24,000 bases of DNA from Kluyvera genomosp. 3 (lineage in GTDB: Bacteria > Pseudomonadota > Gammaproteobacteria > Enterobacterales > Enterobacteriaceae), in NCBI GenBank assembly GCA_002211745.1, contig CP022114.1:1806645-1830644 (forward strand), in the 5' to 3' direction. Each line of letters opens with the position of its first letter. The stretch's first letter is position 1. Shown piece after piece: positions 14,801 to 24,000 of this stretch. Position numbers and translations under genes: made by a program. Under the pieces are notes generated by a model. The model was given only the letters and a program-made list of their open reading frames with translations, did no database searches and was not told the origin of the DNA.

Positions 14801-16224
14801 TTAAACAATCTCCTGCACGTACTGATACAGCGCCTTCAGCAACGACAGCTTCTCGTTATTCCCCTCATACTGACCGTACAACATCTCCAGTTGCTGGGCG
14901 TAGGCCTGTAAAAATTCCGGGGTGAAGATCTGCCGACGATGCTCCAGCCAGCGCTGTTGTTCATTTTCATCCAGCGTGCCCGGGAAGTTACGCGCGCGAT
15001 AGTTAAACAGCAGCTTCTCGATACGCTTGTCGGCGAAGGTGATGTCCAGCGCCGGCAGATTGCGTGGCTCGGTCTCAAGCACGATTTTCATCGCCGCACG
15101 GTCGGCGTCGCTAAAGAAGCCGTTATAGAGCTGGGCGTCAACGTTATCCGACGGCACAAACGGCTCGGCTTCGGCGAATATCGCCACCACCTTCTCGCGC
15201 ACCTGCGGGTTATCGCGCAGCTGCTTCAGGTTATCCAGACAGTGCTGGCGGTTGATGCCCAGACGGTCGGCATCCTCCGGCCGTAGGGTATTGGCCTGCG
15301 CCAGCACCGGGCACTTATTCAGATGCACCAGCTTAATCGGCACCGGCGAACTGTCGCCGAGCTCGGCCTTCGGCGTATACAGGCGCTCGCGCAGCGTATC
15401 GGCATCCAGCTCGAGCAGCGGGGCGATGTCGCCCGCCAGGTCGACCATGATCACCGCGTTGCGGTTATCCGGATGCCAGGCTAGCGGCGCAATCCAGCTG
15501 GTGTTTCCGCGCCAGGCGCCAAACATTCCCGAGACATGCACCAGTGGCTTCATCTGCGGGACGTCAATCAGCGTCATCAGCTTGTTTTTGCCCCGGTAGG
15601 CATACAGATAATCAAAAAGCTTCGGCTGCTGGGCCTTCACCAGCTTCGCCATGGCGATGGTGGCATAAACGTCGGCCATCGCATCATGGGCGTTGCTGTG
15701 CTCAATGCCGTTGGCTTTGGTTAAATGTTCGAGGCGAAAGCTCGGCAGACCGTCGTCGTTTTCCGGCCAGTTGATGCCGTCCGGCGCAGGGCATAGCAGG
15801 CGCGCATCACGTCAAGCAGGTCCCAGCGCGAATTGCGGTTTTGCCAGCTCCAGGCGTAAGGGTCGTAAAAGTTACGGTAGAAAATATTGCGCGTCACTTC
15901 ATCATCAAAGCGGACGTTGTTGTAGCCCACTACGCAGGTTTCCGGCACCGTGAAAATATCGTGAATACGTTTGGCAAATGCGGCTTCGTTTTCGCCCTTA
16001 GCGCGCGCTTCCTGTGGGGTGATGCCGGTAATTAACACCGCTTCCGGCTGCGGCAGATAGTCGTCCGCCGGCTTACAGTAAAAAACCTCCGGCTCACCGA
16101 TGATATTGAAGTCCTTATCGGTACGAATAGCGGCGAACTGCGCGGGTCTGTCGAGGGAAGGGCTGGTTCCGAACGTTTCATAGTCGTGAAACAGGAATCC
16201 CGGCGCGCTGGAGGTCTCTTGCAT
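14801..16224 (-). pseudogene. sbcB: Exodeoxyribonuclease I with one -1 frameshift
   Basis: ORFs 15721-16251 (...FLFHDYETFGTSPSLDRPAQFAAIRTDKDFNIIGEPEVFYCKPADDYLPQP...MRACYALR) and 14801-15679 (MADVYATIAMAKLVKAQQPKLFDYL...) tile ExoI. The break is at + strand GG 15783-15784, and the restored link reads PDGINWPENDDGLPSFRLEHLTKANGIEHSNAHDA. The start at 16224 gives 474 aa (E. coli has 475). An alternative ATG lies at 16251. Confidence 0.92.
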
Positions 16225-16438
16225 GGCGTTAACTGTGTCCGTGTATGGCATTGAATGTCCATGGTAAACGATTTAGCCTGGCATCAGAAGCGCCAGAACC
16301 GTTTCTGGAATCCGTCACGCAGGGGATTTTTTTGTGTGAAAATAGAGATATGTCATATTTTCTTGCAATTTAGCCCTGTCATGAGGCACAAACTTCCGTA
16401 AAAAGGACGGCGAATTTGTAAAAGTTGAGGATGTTCCG

Positions 16439-17605
16439 TTGAAAGCCCGTTTTCTTGTTGCCGTTTCTTTGCTCGCTTCGAGCGTTTCGTGTGCATTTGC
16501 CGACAATATCGCAATGCCTGCTGTCACCCCGCCCGCGATTAAAGCAGGTTCGTGGGTACTTATGGATTATACAACCGGGCAGATTTTAACCGCAGGTAAT
16601 GAACATCAGCAGCGTAATCCAGCCAGTCTGACTAAGCTCATGACCGGCTACGTGGTGGATCGGGCTATTGATAGCCATCGCATCACGCCGGACGACATCG
16701 TCACCGTCGGGCGCGATGCCTGGGCGGCGGCTAACCCGGTGTTTAATGGTTCGTCGCTCATGTTCCTGAAAGCGGGCGACCGCGTTTCGGTTCGCGATCT
16801 GAGCCGTGGCCTGATAGTGGATTCCGGCAATGACGCCTGTGTGGCGCTGGCGGACTACGTGGCCGGCGGCCAACCGCAGTTTGTCAAAATGATGAATGAC
16901 TACGTGCAGAAGCTGAATCTGCGCGACACGCATTTTGAAACCGTCCATGGCCTTGATGCACCGGGCCAGCACAGCTCAGCTTACGATCTGGCAGTGCTTT
17001 CGCGCGCGATTATTCACGGTGAGCCAGAGTTCTATCATATGTACAGCGAGAAGAGCCTAACGTGGAACGGTATCACCCAACAGAACCGTAACGGCCTGCT
17101 GTGGGAAAAAACCATGCACATTGACGGCCTGAAAACCGGGCATACTTCCGGTGCCGGGTTTAACCTGATCGCGTCATCGGTGGATGGTCAGCGTCGTCTG
17201 ATTGCCGTTGTGATGGGCGCCGACAGCCCGAAAGGTCGTGAAGACCAGGCCCGCACGCTGCTGCGCTGGGGCCAGCAAAACTTTGATACCGTGCAGGTTC
17301 TGCAAAACGGTAAAAAGGTCGGGACTGAGCGTATCTGGTATGGCGATAAAGAAAAGATTGCTCTCGGTACCGATCAGGATTTCTGGTTAGCGCTGCCGAA
17401 AGCCGAAGTGCCGAATATTAAAGCCAAATACGTGCTGGATAAAAAAGAGCTGGAAGCGCCGCTGGCTGCTCATCAGCGGGTGGGGGAAATCCAACTGCTC
17501 GACCGCGATAAAGTGGTGGCGCAGTGGCCGCTGGTGACGCTGGAGAGCGTTGGCAAAGGTGGGCTGTTCTCGCGCTTAAGCGATTACCTGCATCACAAAG
17601 CCTGA
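16439..17605 (+). CDS. dacD: D-alanyl-D-alanine carboxypeptidase PBP6b (intact, 388 aa, TTG start)
   Basis: It has a signal peptide MKARFLVAVSLLASSVSCAFA, followed by ...GSWVLMDYTTGQILTAGNEHQQRNPASLTKLMTGYVVDRAIDSHRITPDDIVTVGRDAW...SRLSDYLHHKA. This matches E. coli DacD. Confidence 0.93.
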   Translation: MKARFLVAVSLLASSVSCAFADNIAMPAVTPPAIKAGSWVLMDYTTGQILTAGNEHQQRNPASLTKLMTGYVVDRAIDSHRITPDDIVTVGRDAWAAANPVFNGSSLMFLKAGDRVSVRDLSRGLIVDSGNDACVALADYVAGGQPQFVKMMNDYVQKLNLRDTHFETVHGLDAPGQHSSAYDLAVLSRAIIHGEPEFYHMYSEKSLTWNGITQQNRNGLLWEKTMHIDGLKTGHTSGAGFNLIASSVDGQRRLIAVVMGADSPKGREDQARTLLRWGQQNFDTVQVLQNGKKVGTERIWYGDKEKIALGTDQDFWLALPKAEVPNIKAKYVLDKKELEAPLAAHQRVGEIQLLDRDKVVAQWPLVTLESVGKGGLFSRLSDYLHHKA

Positions 17606-17628
17606 TGTAAACTCTATTTAATCGATTA

Positions 17629-17651
17629 GCGCCCTTTTCAGGGGCGTTTTT
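17629..17651 (+). terminator. Rho-independent terminator after dacD
   Basis: gcgccc-ttttca-ggggcg followed by TTTTT. The stem arms are unequal (ccc versus gggg), as if one C is missing here too. Confidence 0.6.
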
Positions 17652-17720
17652 GCGCTCCCGGTGGTCGTTGCCTGACGGAGCAGGTACAATTTGCCCTTTC
17701 GTTTTTTGTGGAGAGTGGAT

Positions 17721-18777
17721 GTGCGTCCGGATAAGTCACTCAGCCCGTTTGAAATACGCTTATATCGACACTATCGTACCGTGCACGGCGCACGCATTGC
17801 GCTGGCTTTTGTCCTGACGTTTCTTATCGTCCGCCTGCTTGGTATTCCTGACGGCTCCTGGCCGTTGATCACGCTGGTGGTGGTCATGGGGCCGATTTCG
17901 TTCTGGGCAATGTGGTTCCGCGCGCCTTCCAGCGGATTGGCGGCACGGTGCTTGGCTCCGCGCTGGGCCTGGTCGCCCTCAAGCTGGAGCTTATCTCACT
18001 GCCGCTGATGATCATATGGTGCGCGGCGGCGATGTTCCTCTGCGGCTGGCTGGCGCTGGGTAAGAAACCGTATCAGGCGCTGTTGATTGGCATCACGTTG
18101 GGGTGGTGGTCGGCGCGCCGCCGGGCGATATGACCACCGCGCTGTGGCGAAGCGGCGACGTGATTTTCGGCTGCCTGCTGGCGATGCTGTTTACCGGTAT
18201 CTGGCCGCAGCGGGCGTTTATCCACTGGCGTATCCAGATGGCGACTTTCGTCACCCAGTTTAACCGTATCTACCAGGCGGGCCTGTCGCCTAACCTGATT
18301 GAGCGGCCGAGGCTGGAAAAACACCTGCAAGCGGTGCTTAACGACGTGGTGAAAATGCGCGGTCTGATCACCCCGGCCAGCAAAGAGACGCATATTCACA
18401 AAGGCATCTTTGAGGCCATTCAGACCGTGAGCCGCAATCTGGTGTGTATGCTGGAGCTGCAAATTAACGCCCACTGGGCGACCCGCCCAAGCCATCTGCT
18501 GATGCTCAACGCTCAGACGCTGCGTGAAACTCAGACCATGACGCAGCAAACGCTGCTCTCCATCGCCCACGCGCTGTACGAAGGTAATCCGCGGCCTATT
18601 AAGGCCAACAGCGAGAAGCTCAACGATATTGTCGCCGAACTGCGCCAACTGGTGAATGACTACAAGGGCGATAACCTTTCGGAAACGCCGATTCATGGTT
18701 ACGTCTGGCTGAGTATGGAACTGGCGCGGCAACTGGAGCTCCTCTCCAGTCTGATGTGCCGCGCATTGCGTAAATAA
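17721..18777 (+). pseudogene. yeeA: Inner-membrane protein YeeA (FUSC/aromatic acid exporter-like family) with two -1 frameshifts
   Basis: The GTG at 17721 aligns with E. coli MRADKSLSPFEIR. ORFs 17691-18008, 17912-18133 and 18103-18777 tile YeeA. The breaks are at GGG 17905-17907 and GGGG 18100-18103. The span is 1057 nt, which is 1059 (352 aa plus stop) minus 2. Confidence 0.88.
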
Positions 18778-18978
18778 AAGGCAGATGCGCAGGGTTTTTC
18801 GTCTGGTTGTTTCGATTCAGCTGGATTTAGGGTTATGATGAACTCAAAGCAAAAATGATTGTTTGCCGCAACGGTGATACGCGAAGTCATACTGGTTGAA
18901 GGGGATATCAGTAATGTGTACCTTATCGTGTAGCCGTTGTTTTAACGAATCCGACTCTCAACTATCAGGGGTATAAAA

Positions 18979-19299
18979 ATGGAAACCACGAAACCTTCGT
19001 TTCAGGACGTACTGGAGTTTGTACGTTTGTTCCGTCGTAAGAACAAACTGCAGCGCGAAATCCAGGACGTTGAGAAAAAGATCCGTGACAACCAGAAGCG
19101 TGTCCTGCTGCTGGACAACCTCAGCGACTACATCAAACCGGGCATGAGCGTTGAAGCTATTCAGGGCATCATTGCCAGCATGAAGGGCGACTACGAAGAT
19201 CGCGTTGATGACTACATCATCAAAAATGCTGAACTGTCCAAAGAACGCCGCGACATCTCTAAGAAACTGAAAGTGATGGGCGAGCAGAAAGGCGAGTAA
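18979..19299 (+). CDS. yeeX: UPF0265 family protein YeeX (intact, 106 aa)
   Basis: [98 protein letters not shown]... is near-identical to E. coli YeeX. Confidence 0.93.
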   Translation: METTKPSFQDVLEFVRLFRRKNKLQREIQDVEKKIRDNQKRVLLLDNLSDYIKPGMSVEAIQGIIASMKGDYEDRVDDYIIKNAELSKERRDISKKLKVMGEQKGE

Positions 19300-19498
19300 C
19301 CGTCCTTCTCGGGTGGCGGCGCTGCCGTCACCTGGCCATTGTTTTTCCTTCCCCTAATCCCACCGACACAACCTCAGTGACATCGCGAGCAATGCGGAGT
19401 ATAAAGCTCTGTGTTTGATATATTAGCCACAGTTATGTGGGAACATATTGATATCAAAGGAACTCGCTAACAATGCAGCAACATCAGGAAGCGCAATC

Positions 19499-20039
19499 AT
19501 GATGCTGGTGACCGGCGGCGCGCGCAGCGGCAAGAGCCGCCACGCTGAATCGTTACTCAGCCAGTACTCCCGGGTTTGCTATATCGCGACCTCGCAAGTT
19601 TTCGACGCCGAGATGGCCGAGCGCATTCAACATCATCGGGACAGCCGCCCTGCACACTGGCGCACCGAAGAACGCTGGCAACATCTTGCCGACATCATTA
19701 CCCTCACAACGATCCCAGCGAAGCCATCTTACTGGAATGCATCACGACGCTGGTGACCAACATTCTCTTTGCCTCGGATAACCCGGACGAGATTGAGCGT
19801 TGGGACTTCGACGCGCTGGAACGCGAAGTCAACGCAGAAATCGACGCGCTGATCGCCGCCTGTCGAGCATGCCCGTCACCGGTGGTGCTGGTGACCAATG
19901 AAGTGGGGATGGGCATCGTGCCCGAGAATCGTCTGGCCCGGCATTTTCGCGATATTGCCGGCGTGTGAACCAAAAGCTGGCGCAGGCGGCGGATGACGTC
20001 TGGCTGGTGGTATCAGGGATTGGAGTCAAAATAAAATGA
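19499..20039 (+). pseudogene. cobU: Adenosylcobinamide kinase / adenosylcobinamide-phosphate guanylyltransferase with two -1 frameshifts
   Basis: [17 protein letters not shown] (P-loop)...[16 protein letters not shown] shifts at CCC 19701-19703 to [20 protein letters not shown]...[26 protein letters not shown]. It then shifts at GG 19960-19961 to [25 protein letters not shown]. The stop overlaps the cobS ATG. Confidence 0.9.
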
Positions 20040-20773
20040 GCCGACTGTTTTTCGCCACCCTTTCGTTTATGAGCCGTCTGCCGGTACCGCAGCGCTGGTC
20101 GCAGGGGCTGGATTTAGACCGCTACGTCAGCGGCGTGATCACCTTTCCGTTTATTGGCTTGCTGCTCGGGGCGCTAAGCGGCCTGGTATTTATCATCGTT
20201 CAGGCCTGGTGCGGGATCCCGCAGGCGGCGTTCTTTGCGGTACTGGCGCTGGCGTTGCTTACCGGGGCTTCCATCTGGATGGGCTGGCGGATACCTGCGA
20301 CGGCGTTTTCTCCGCACGCCGTCGTGAAAAGATGCTGGAAATTATGCGCGACAGCCGCCTGGGCACTCACGGCGGCCTGGCGCTGATCTTCGTCCTGCTG
20401 GCGAAAGTGCTGGCCGTCAGCGAACTGGCGCTACGCGATACGCCGATGCTCGCCGCCATTGCTGGCGCCTGTATTGCCGGGCGCGCGGGTCGGTGCTGAT
20501 GATGTACCGCCACCGCTATGCGCGGGAAGAGGGGTTGGGCAATCTGTTTATCGGCAAAATCAGCTTCCGCCAGACCTGGGTTACGCTGGTTATCGGCGGC
20601 GCGCTGGTTACCGCCATGCTGGGTATGCATGGCCTGCGTGCGTTGCTGGTGGCGTTTATTGGCGTCTTTATTTTAGGACTGTTGCTGAAACGCACGCTCG
20701 GTGGACAAACCGGCGATACGCTGGCGCGGCCATCGAGCTAGGCGAAGTGATTTTCTTGCTGGCGCTACTGTAA
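20036..20773 (+). pseudogene. cobS: Adenosylcobinamide-GDP ribazoletransferase (cobalamin synthase) with three -1 frameshifts
   Basis: ORFs 20036-20386, 20209-20499 and 20493-20741 plus a restored tail tile CobS ([26 protein letters not shown]...LLTG / [37 protein letters not shown]... / [18 protein letters not shown]...GGQTGDTL / [16 protein letters not shown]). The breaks are at G runs 20264-20267, 20487-20489 and 20723-20724. Confidence 0.9.
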
Positions 20774-20803
20774 GCCAGCGTTTAACGGGGTAAATAATAA
20801 AAT

Positions 20804-21854
20804 ATGCAAACACTGGCTTCATTATTAGCGGCGATTCCTGACGTCGATAACGCCGCGATGGCACAAGCACAGCAACATATTGATGGGCTGCTGAAACCCA
20901 CCGGTAGCCTCGGGCGTCTGGAGTCTTTGGCGGTGCAGCTGGCCGGTATGCCGGGGCTGCACGGTACGCCGCAGGTGGCGAAGAAAGCCATCCTCGTAAT
21001 GTGCGCCGACCACGGGTCTGGCATGAAGGGGTCGCGGTTTCGCCGCAGATTGTCACGGCAATCCAGGCGGCAAATATGACTCGCCATAACACCGGCGTCT
21101 GTGTGATGGCCGCCCAGGCCGGTGCCGACGTGCACGTGATAGATGTCGGTATTGATGCCGATCCGATTCCCGGCCTGATTGATATGAAGGTCGCGCGCAG
21201 CAGCGGCAATATTGCGCAGGGGCCGGCGATGAGCGCGGAGCAAGCGCAGTCGATTCTGATGGCAACTATTCGCTATACGCGTCAACTGGCGGAGCAGGGC
21301 GTGACGCTGTTTGGCGTGGGCGAGTTGGGCATGGCAAATACCACCCCAGCAGCGGCGATGGTGAGCGTGCTCACCGACAGCGAGCCGGAAGCGGTGGTTG
21401 GCGTAGGGGCAAACCTGCCGCAGACGCAGCTGGGGCATAAAGTTGAGGTTGTTCGCCGCGCTATCGCTGTGAACCAGCCTAACGCCGACGATGGTCTTGA
21501 TGTGCTGACGAAAGTGGGTGGTTATGATCTGCTCGGGATGACCGGCGTGATGCTCGGCGCCGCGTCCTGTGGCCTGCCGGTGGTGCTGGATGGTTTCTTG
21601 TCCTATGCGTCAGCGCTGGCCGCCTGCCGGATAGCGCCGGGGGTGAAACCGTATCTGATTCCTTCCCATTTCTCCGCTGAGAAGGGGCGCGTATCGCGCT
21701 CGCGCATCTCGAGCTTGAGCCGTATCTGCACATGGAGATGCGCCTGGGCGAGGGCAGCGGCGCTGCGATGGCGATGCATATCGTCGAGTCGGCCTGCGCC
21801 ATGTATAACCGTATGGGGACGCTGGCGGGTAGCAACATCGTCCTGCCGGTATAA
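20804..21854 (+). pseudogene. cobT: Nicotinate-nucleotide--dimethylbenzimidazole phosphoribosyltransferase with two -1 frameshifts
   Basis: [51 protein letters not shown]...VMCADHG shifts at GGG 21014-21016 to [22 protein letters not shown]...[10 protein letters not shown]. It then shifts at GGGG 21684-21687 to [55 protein letters not shown] with a stop at 21852-21854. Confidence 0.9.
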
Positions 21855-21858
21855 CGGT

Positions 21859-22748
21859 TTATTTCGTTATCATCTGTCGCAGCAGCCATTCCCGCAGCGC
21901 CAAAATATCCTGGCGCTGCGCGGTTTCTTCGGTTGCGACCAGATAGTAGTTCGCGCCGGGCAACGTCATGTTGAACGGTGCGGTGAGCACTCCGCGTTCC
22001 AGCAGATCCCGCGCCAGCAGTTCGCTGGCAATCACCACGCCCTGGCCGCGACCGCGGCCTGTAGCGCATGCGTTTCATCGCTAAAGGTTAATCCAGCCTG
22101 AATGTTTAAACCTTCAGGTCCATAGCGCTTTTGCCAGTTTTCCCAACTCGGTTCCGCGGCTGGAACGCGGCGATTCTCTACATGGAATAAGGTCACCGCC
22201 TGCAAATCCTCGGGTTTGCATATCTTCAGCGTCGGGCTGGCGACGACGATAAAGCGATCGGTATACAGCTGCGTGCAGTGCAGCGCCGCTTCCGGCCTCT
22301 CGCGGTAGCGAATTGCCACGTCTACGGTTCGCTGGCTGAGATCGACGCGCTCGACGCTGGTGTGCAGACGCAGGTCTATGGCCGGGAATTCCGCTTTAAA
22401 GTCGGCCAGCCTGGGCACCAGCCAGTGGGTTAAAAAATTGGACGTGGTGGTGACCGTCAGCGAGGGCGGCTGCTGAGCGCGAAGTACCTGTGTTGTGGCC
22501 TCTTCGAGTGCGGCAAAGGCGCGCTGAGTGCCTGCATAAAGCACTCGGCCACTTTCCGTCAGACTCATGCCCTGCGCGCTGCGCTCGCAGACCCGGCACC
22601 CAAGCACTGACTCCAGAAGTTTGATTTGATGGCTGACTGCCGTGGCGCTCACACCCAGCGTGTCGGCAGCCCGTTTAAAGCTCTGGCTTTCGGCGACTGC
22701 GTGAAACGCCCGCAGCGCGCCAAGCGGCGGGAGGCGTATTTTTTTCAT
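21859..22748 (-). pseudogene. LysR-family (GcvA/AmpR-like) transcriptional regulator with one -1 frameshift near the 3' end
   Basis: MKKIRLPPLGALRAFHAVAESQSFKRAADTLGVSATAVSHQIKLLESVLG... is a wHTH domain. The break is at + strand CC 22046-22047, and the restored tail reads [62 protein letters not shown]. It converges on cobT with a 4-nt gap. Confidence 0.8.
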
Positions 22749-22767
22749 ACCTGAGTTTTTCTCATCT

Positions 22768-22782
22768 ATAGCTGAAAACTAT
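22768..22782. promoter_or_regulatory. Candidate LysR-type binding box (T-N11-A dyad) in the divergent intergenic region
   Basis: ATAG-ctgaaaa-CTAT is a perfect dyad fitting the T-N11-A consensus. It lies 20 nt upstream of the LysR start codon. Confidence 0.4.
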
Positions 22783-22872
22783 GCGTTTGTTTAAGCCATT
22801 ATACAGGGCGTAGGCTACCCGGCATGTAAAGCGAGAAGTGAATTATTCTCATGATGATGTCGGGAGTCGAAA

Positions 22873-23390
22873 ATGAGTACAGAGATACATAACGCTACGT
22901 TGCCGGGCGAAGCGGGTGCGCTACGCGCCATTGCGCTAGGTTCCGGGATCGCTGCGGGTGGCTTGTTGCTGAAAATGGCGACGATTGTTGGCGTGGGCAT
23001 CAGCGTGATCCTGCTGGCCGCATTGGTGGCAAGCGCCGCTCTGGGCGTTGTGCTGGCGCGTCAGCGGGGGATCGCGCGTCACGGCTTTCTGCTGGCCGCT
23101 GCGGCTGGCTGTTGGTATTGCTGACCACGTTGAATGCGCATCCAGGGATGGCACTGTTGCCCGGCATTCTTATCGCTGGCGTAGGGCTGGGGCTGGCCCA
23201 CGGTCAGCACGCTGTCGAGAAACGGATGGGCACGATGATGAGTTGCGCCGTGGCGCTGACGGCAGTCTTACTGATTCAGGCTTGCGCAGCACCAGGCTTG
23301 ATGGGGTACGTCTTTGCGCTTGCGTTGCCTGTCGATCTCGCCTTGCTTGGCGCATTGCTGGTTCGAATTGCGGAACAGGAAAGGCGTTAA
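22873..23390 (+). pseudogene. Hypothetical polytopic membrane protein (about 172 aa), divergent from the LysR gene, with one -1 frameshift
   Basis: ORFs 22873-23124 and 23112-23390 join if one G is restored at GG 23107-23108 (...LLAAAAG-LLVLLTTLNAHPGMALLPGILIAGVGLGLAHG...). The protein is Ala/Leu/Gly-rich with several hydrophobic segments. I recognise no family. Confidence 0.55.
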
Positions 23391-23393
23391 AAG

Positions 23394-23424
23394 CAAAAAT
23401 CCCGCTTAAGTTTCCTTAAGCGGG
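23394..23424. terminator. 10-bp perfect hairpin that terminates tRNA-Asn (minus strand) and probably the + strand membrane-protein gene
   Basis: Stem cccgcttaag / cttaagcggg with loop tttc. On the minus strand it is followed by a U-rich tract (complement of aaaaat). Confidence 0.75.
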
Positions 23425-23435
23425 ATCTTCGAATT

Positions 23436-23511
23436 TGGCTCCTCTGACTGGACTCGAACCAGTGACATACGGATTAACAGTCCGCCGTTCTACCGACTGA
23501 ACTACAGAGGA
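23436..23511 (-). tRNA. tRNA-Asn (anticodon GUU), 76 nt with encoded CCA
   Basis: The reverse complement reads TCCTCTGTAGTTCAGTCGGTAGAACGGCGGACTGTTAATCCGTATGTCACTGGTTCGAGTCCAGTCAGAGGAGCCA, identical to the recalled E. coli tRNA-Asn. Confidence 0.97.
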
Positions 23512-23527
23512 ATCGTTGTGGAGTCGT

Positions 23528-23555
23528 ATCTTAGCGGCGAAAAAATTTTTGTCAA
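23528..23555 (-). promoter_or_regulatory. Candidate sigma70 promoter for tRNA-Asn
   Basis: The minus strand has TTGACA (23550-23555), a 16-nt spacer, then TAAGAT (23528-23533). A GC-rich discriminator follows, about 10 nt before the mature 5' end. Confidence 0.5.
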
Positions 23556-23672
23556 ACCCCAATTATGACTTTGTGGTGCAGTTGCCTATTCCATCAACAA
23601 TTTGTCGTCATTCCAGACAAAAATTAAGGAAAAATGTTTTGCAGGATCGGTGATTCTCCCTCATCATTTGAA

Positions 23673-24000
23673 ATGGAGTTTCAACTTTCAGAACTAAGGT
23701 CCATTTTGAACGTCACCGCCGTGCTTCGCCAGGCCGTCTCGCGCACGCCCTGGTATAAAAAACGCAAAAGTTATCGAGTTCTCTTCTGGCGTGAAATCAC
23801 CCCCCTTGCTGTACCCATTTTTCTGGAAAATACCTGCGTTCTGCTGATGGGCGTGCTGAGTACCTTCCTCGTCAGTTGGCTGGGAAAAGAGGCTATGGCA
23901 GGTGTCGGTCTCGCCGATAGCTTCAATATGGTGATTATGGCGTTCTTCGCCGCCATTGACCTTGGGACAACGGTGGTGGTGGCGTTTAGTCTCGGCAAGC
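23673..24000 (+). CDS. yeeO: MATE-family efflux transporter YeeO, 5' portion, 3'-truncated by the window edge
   Basis: The frame from the ATG at 23673 reads MEFQLSELRSILNVTAVLRQAVSRTPWYKKRKSYRVLFWREITPLAVPIFLENTCVLLMGVLSTFLVSWLGKEAMAGVGLADSFNMVIMAFFAAIDLGTTVVVAFSLGK, matching the E. coli YeeO N-terminal region. An in-frame ATG at 23634 is an alternative start. The ORF is missing from the track because it runs off the window. Confidence 0.88.
   Translation, partial: MEFQLSELRSILNVTAVLRQAVSRTPWYKKRKSYRVLFWREITPLAVPIFLENTCVLLMGVLSTFLVSWLGKEAMAGVGLADSFNMVIMAFFAAIDLGTTVVVAFSLGK

Noticed and set aside
19300-19498. Possible cobalamin riboswitch upstream of cobU
   Set aside because: I could not find a B12-box-like conserved core or the extended paired architecture. 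The gap is only about 200 nt and also has to hold the yeeX terminator-like hairpin (about 19312-19332) and a promoter. A covariance-model scan (Rfam RF00174) would be the decisive test.
20673-22078. Minus-strand ORFs (20673-21209, 20782-21438, 21479-22078) antisense to cobS and cobT
   Set aside because: The + strand frames tile CobS and CobT completely once the frameshifts are corrected. The antisense products are Arg/Ala/Pro-rich with no recognisable domains.
23436-23672. tRNA-Asn as the edge of a genomic island
   Set aside because: No integrase, direct repeat of the tRNA 3' end, IS element or compositional break is visible on either side within the window. The conserved backbone gene yeeO follows immediately.

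Overview
This is a conserved Enterobacteriaceae chromosomal backbone, syntenic with the E. coli/Salmonella gnd-his-sbcB-cob region. I see no sign of a novel defence, mobile or biosynthetic system. Order, left to right: low-GC 3' end of a surface-polysaccharide glycosyltransferase gene; gnd; ugd; the complete his operon on the minus strand (hisL leader and attenuator, hisGDCBHAFI); yeeZ; plaP (yeeF) with a short upstream ORF; yeeE-yeeD (thiosulfate uptake); sbcB; dacD; yeeA; yeeX; cobU-cobS-cobT; a LysR-type regulator divergent from an unknown membrane protein; tRNA-Asn(GUU); and the 5' end of yeeO (MATE). The main finding is not a new gene. As written, 17 of about 27 protein genes are broken by 31 inferred single-base deletions, and no insertions or nonsense mutations were seen. 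Thirty of the 31 sit in short homopolymers, 29 of them C/G runs and one an A run; one site (about 4889-4891) cannot be assigned. The protein sequence downstream of every shift is still well conserved, and restoring one base per site recovers the expected ortholog length in every gene. The deleted base is almost always C on the + strand up to about 11 kb and almost always G after about 15.7 kb, with a 4.8 kb error-free stretch in between. This looks like strand-specific homopolymer error in a thinly covered, unpolished long-read assembly rather than gene decay, but only reads or resequencing can settle it. Compared with E. coli K-12 (from memory), wzzB, yefM-yoeB, yeeY, sbmC and the CP4-44 prophage are absent, and the tRNA-Asn site carries no island. 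Gene identities come from recalled ortholog sequences, since no searches were possible.
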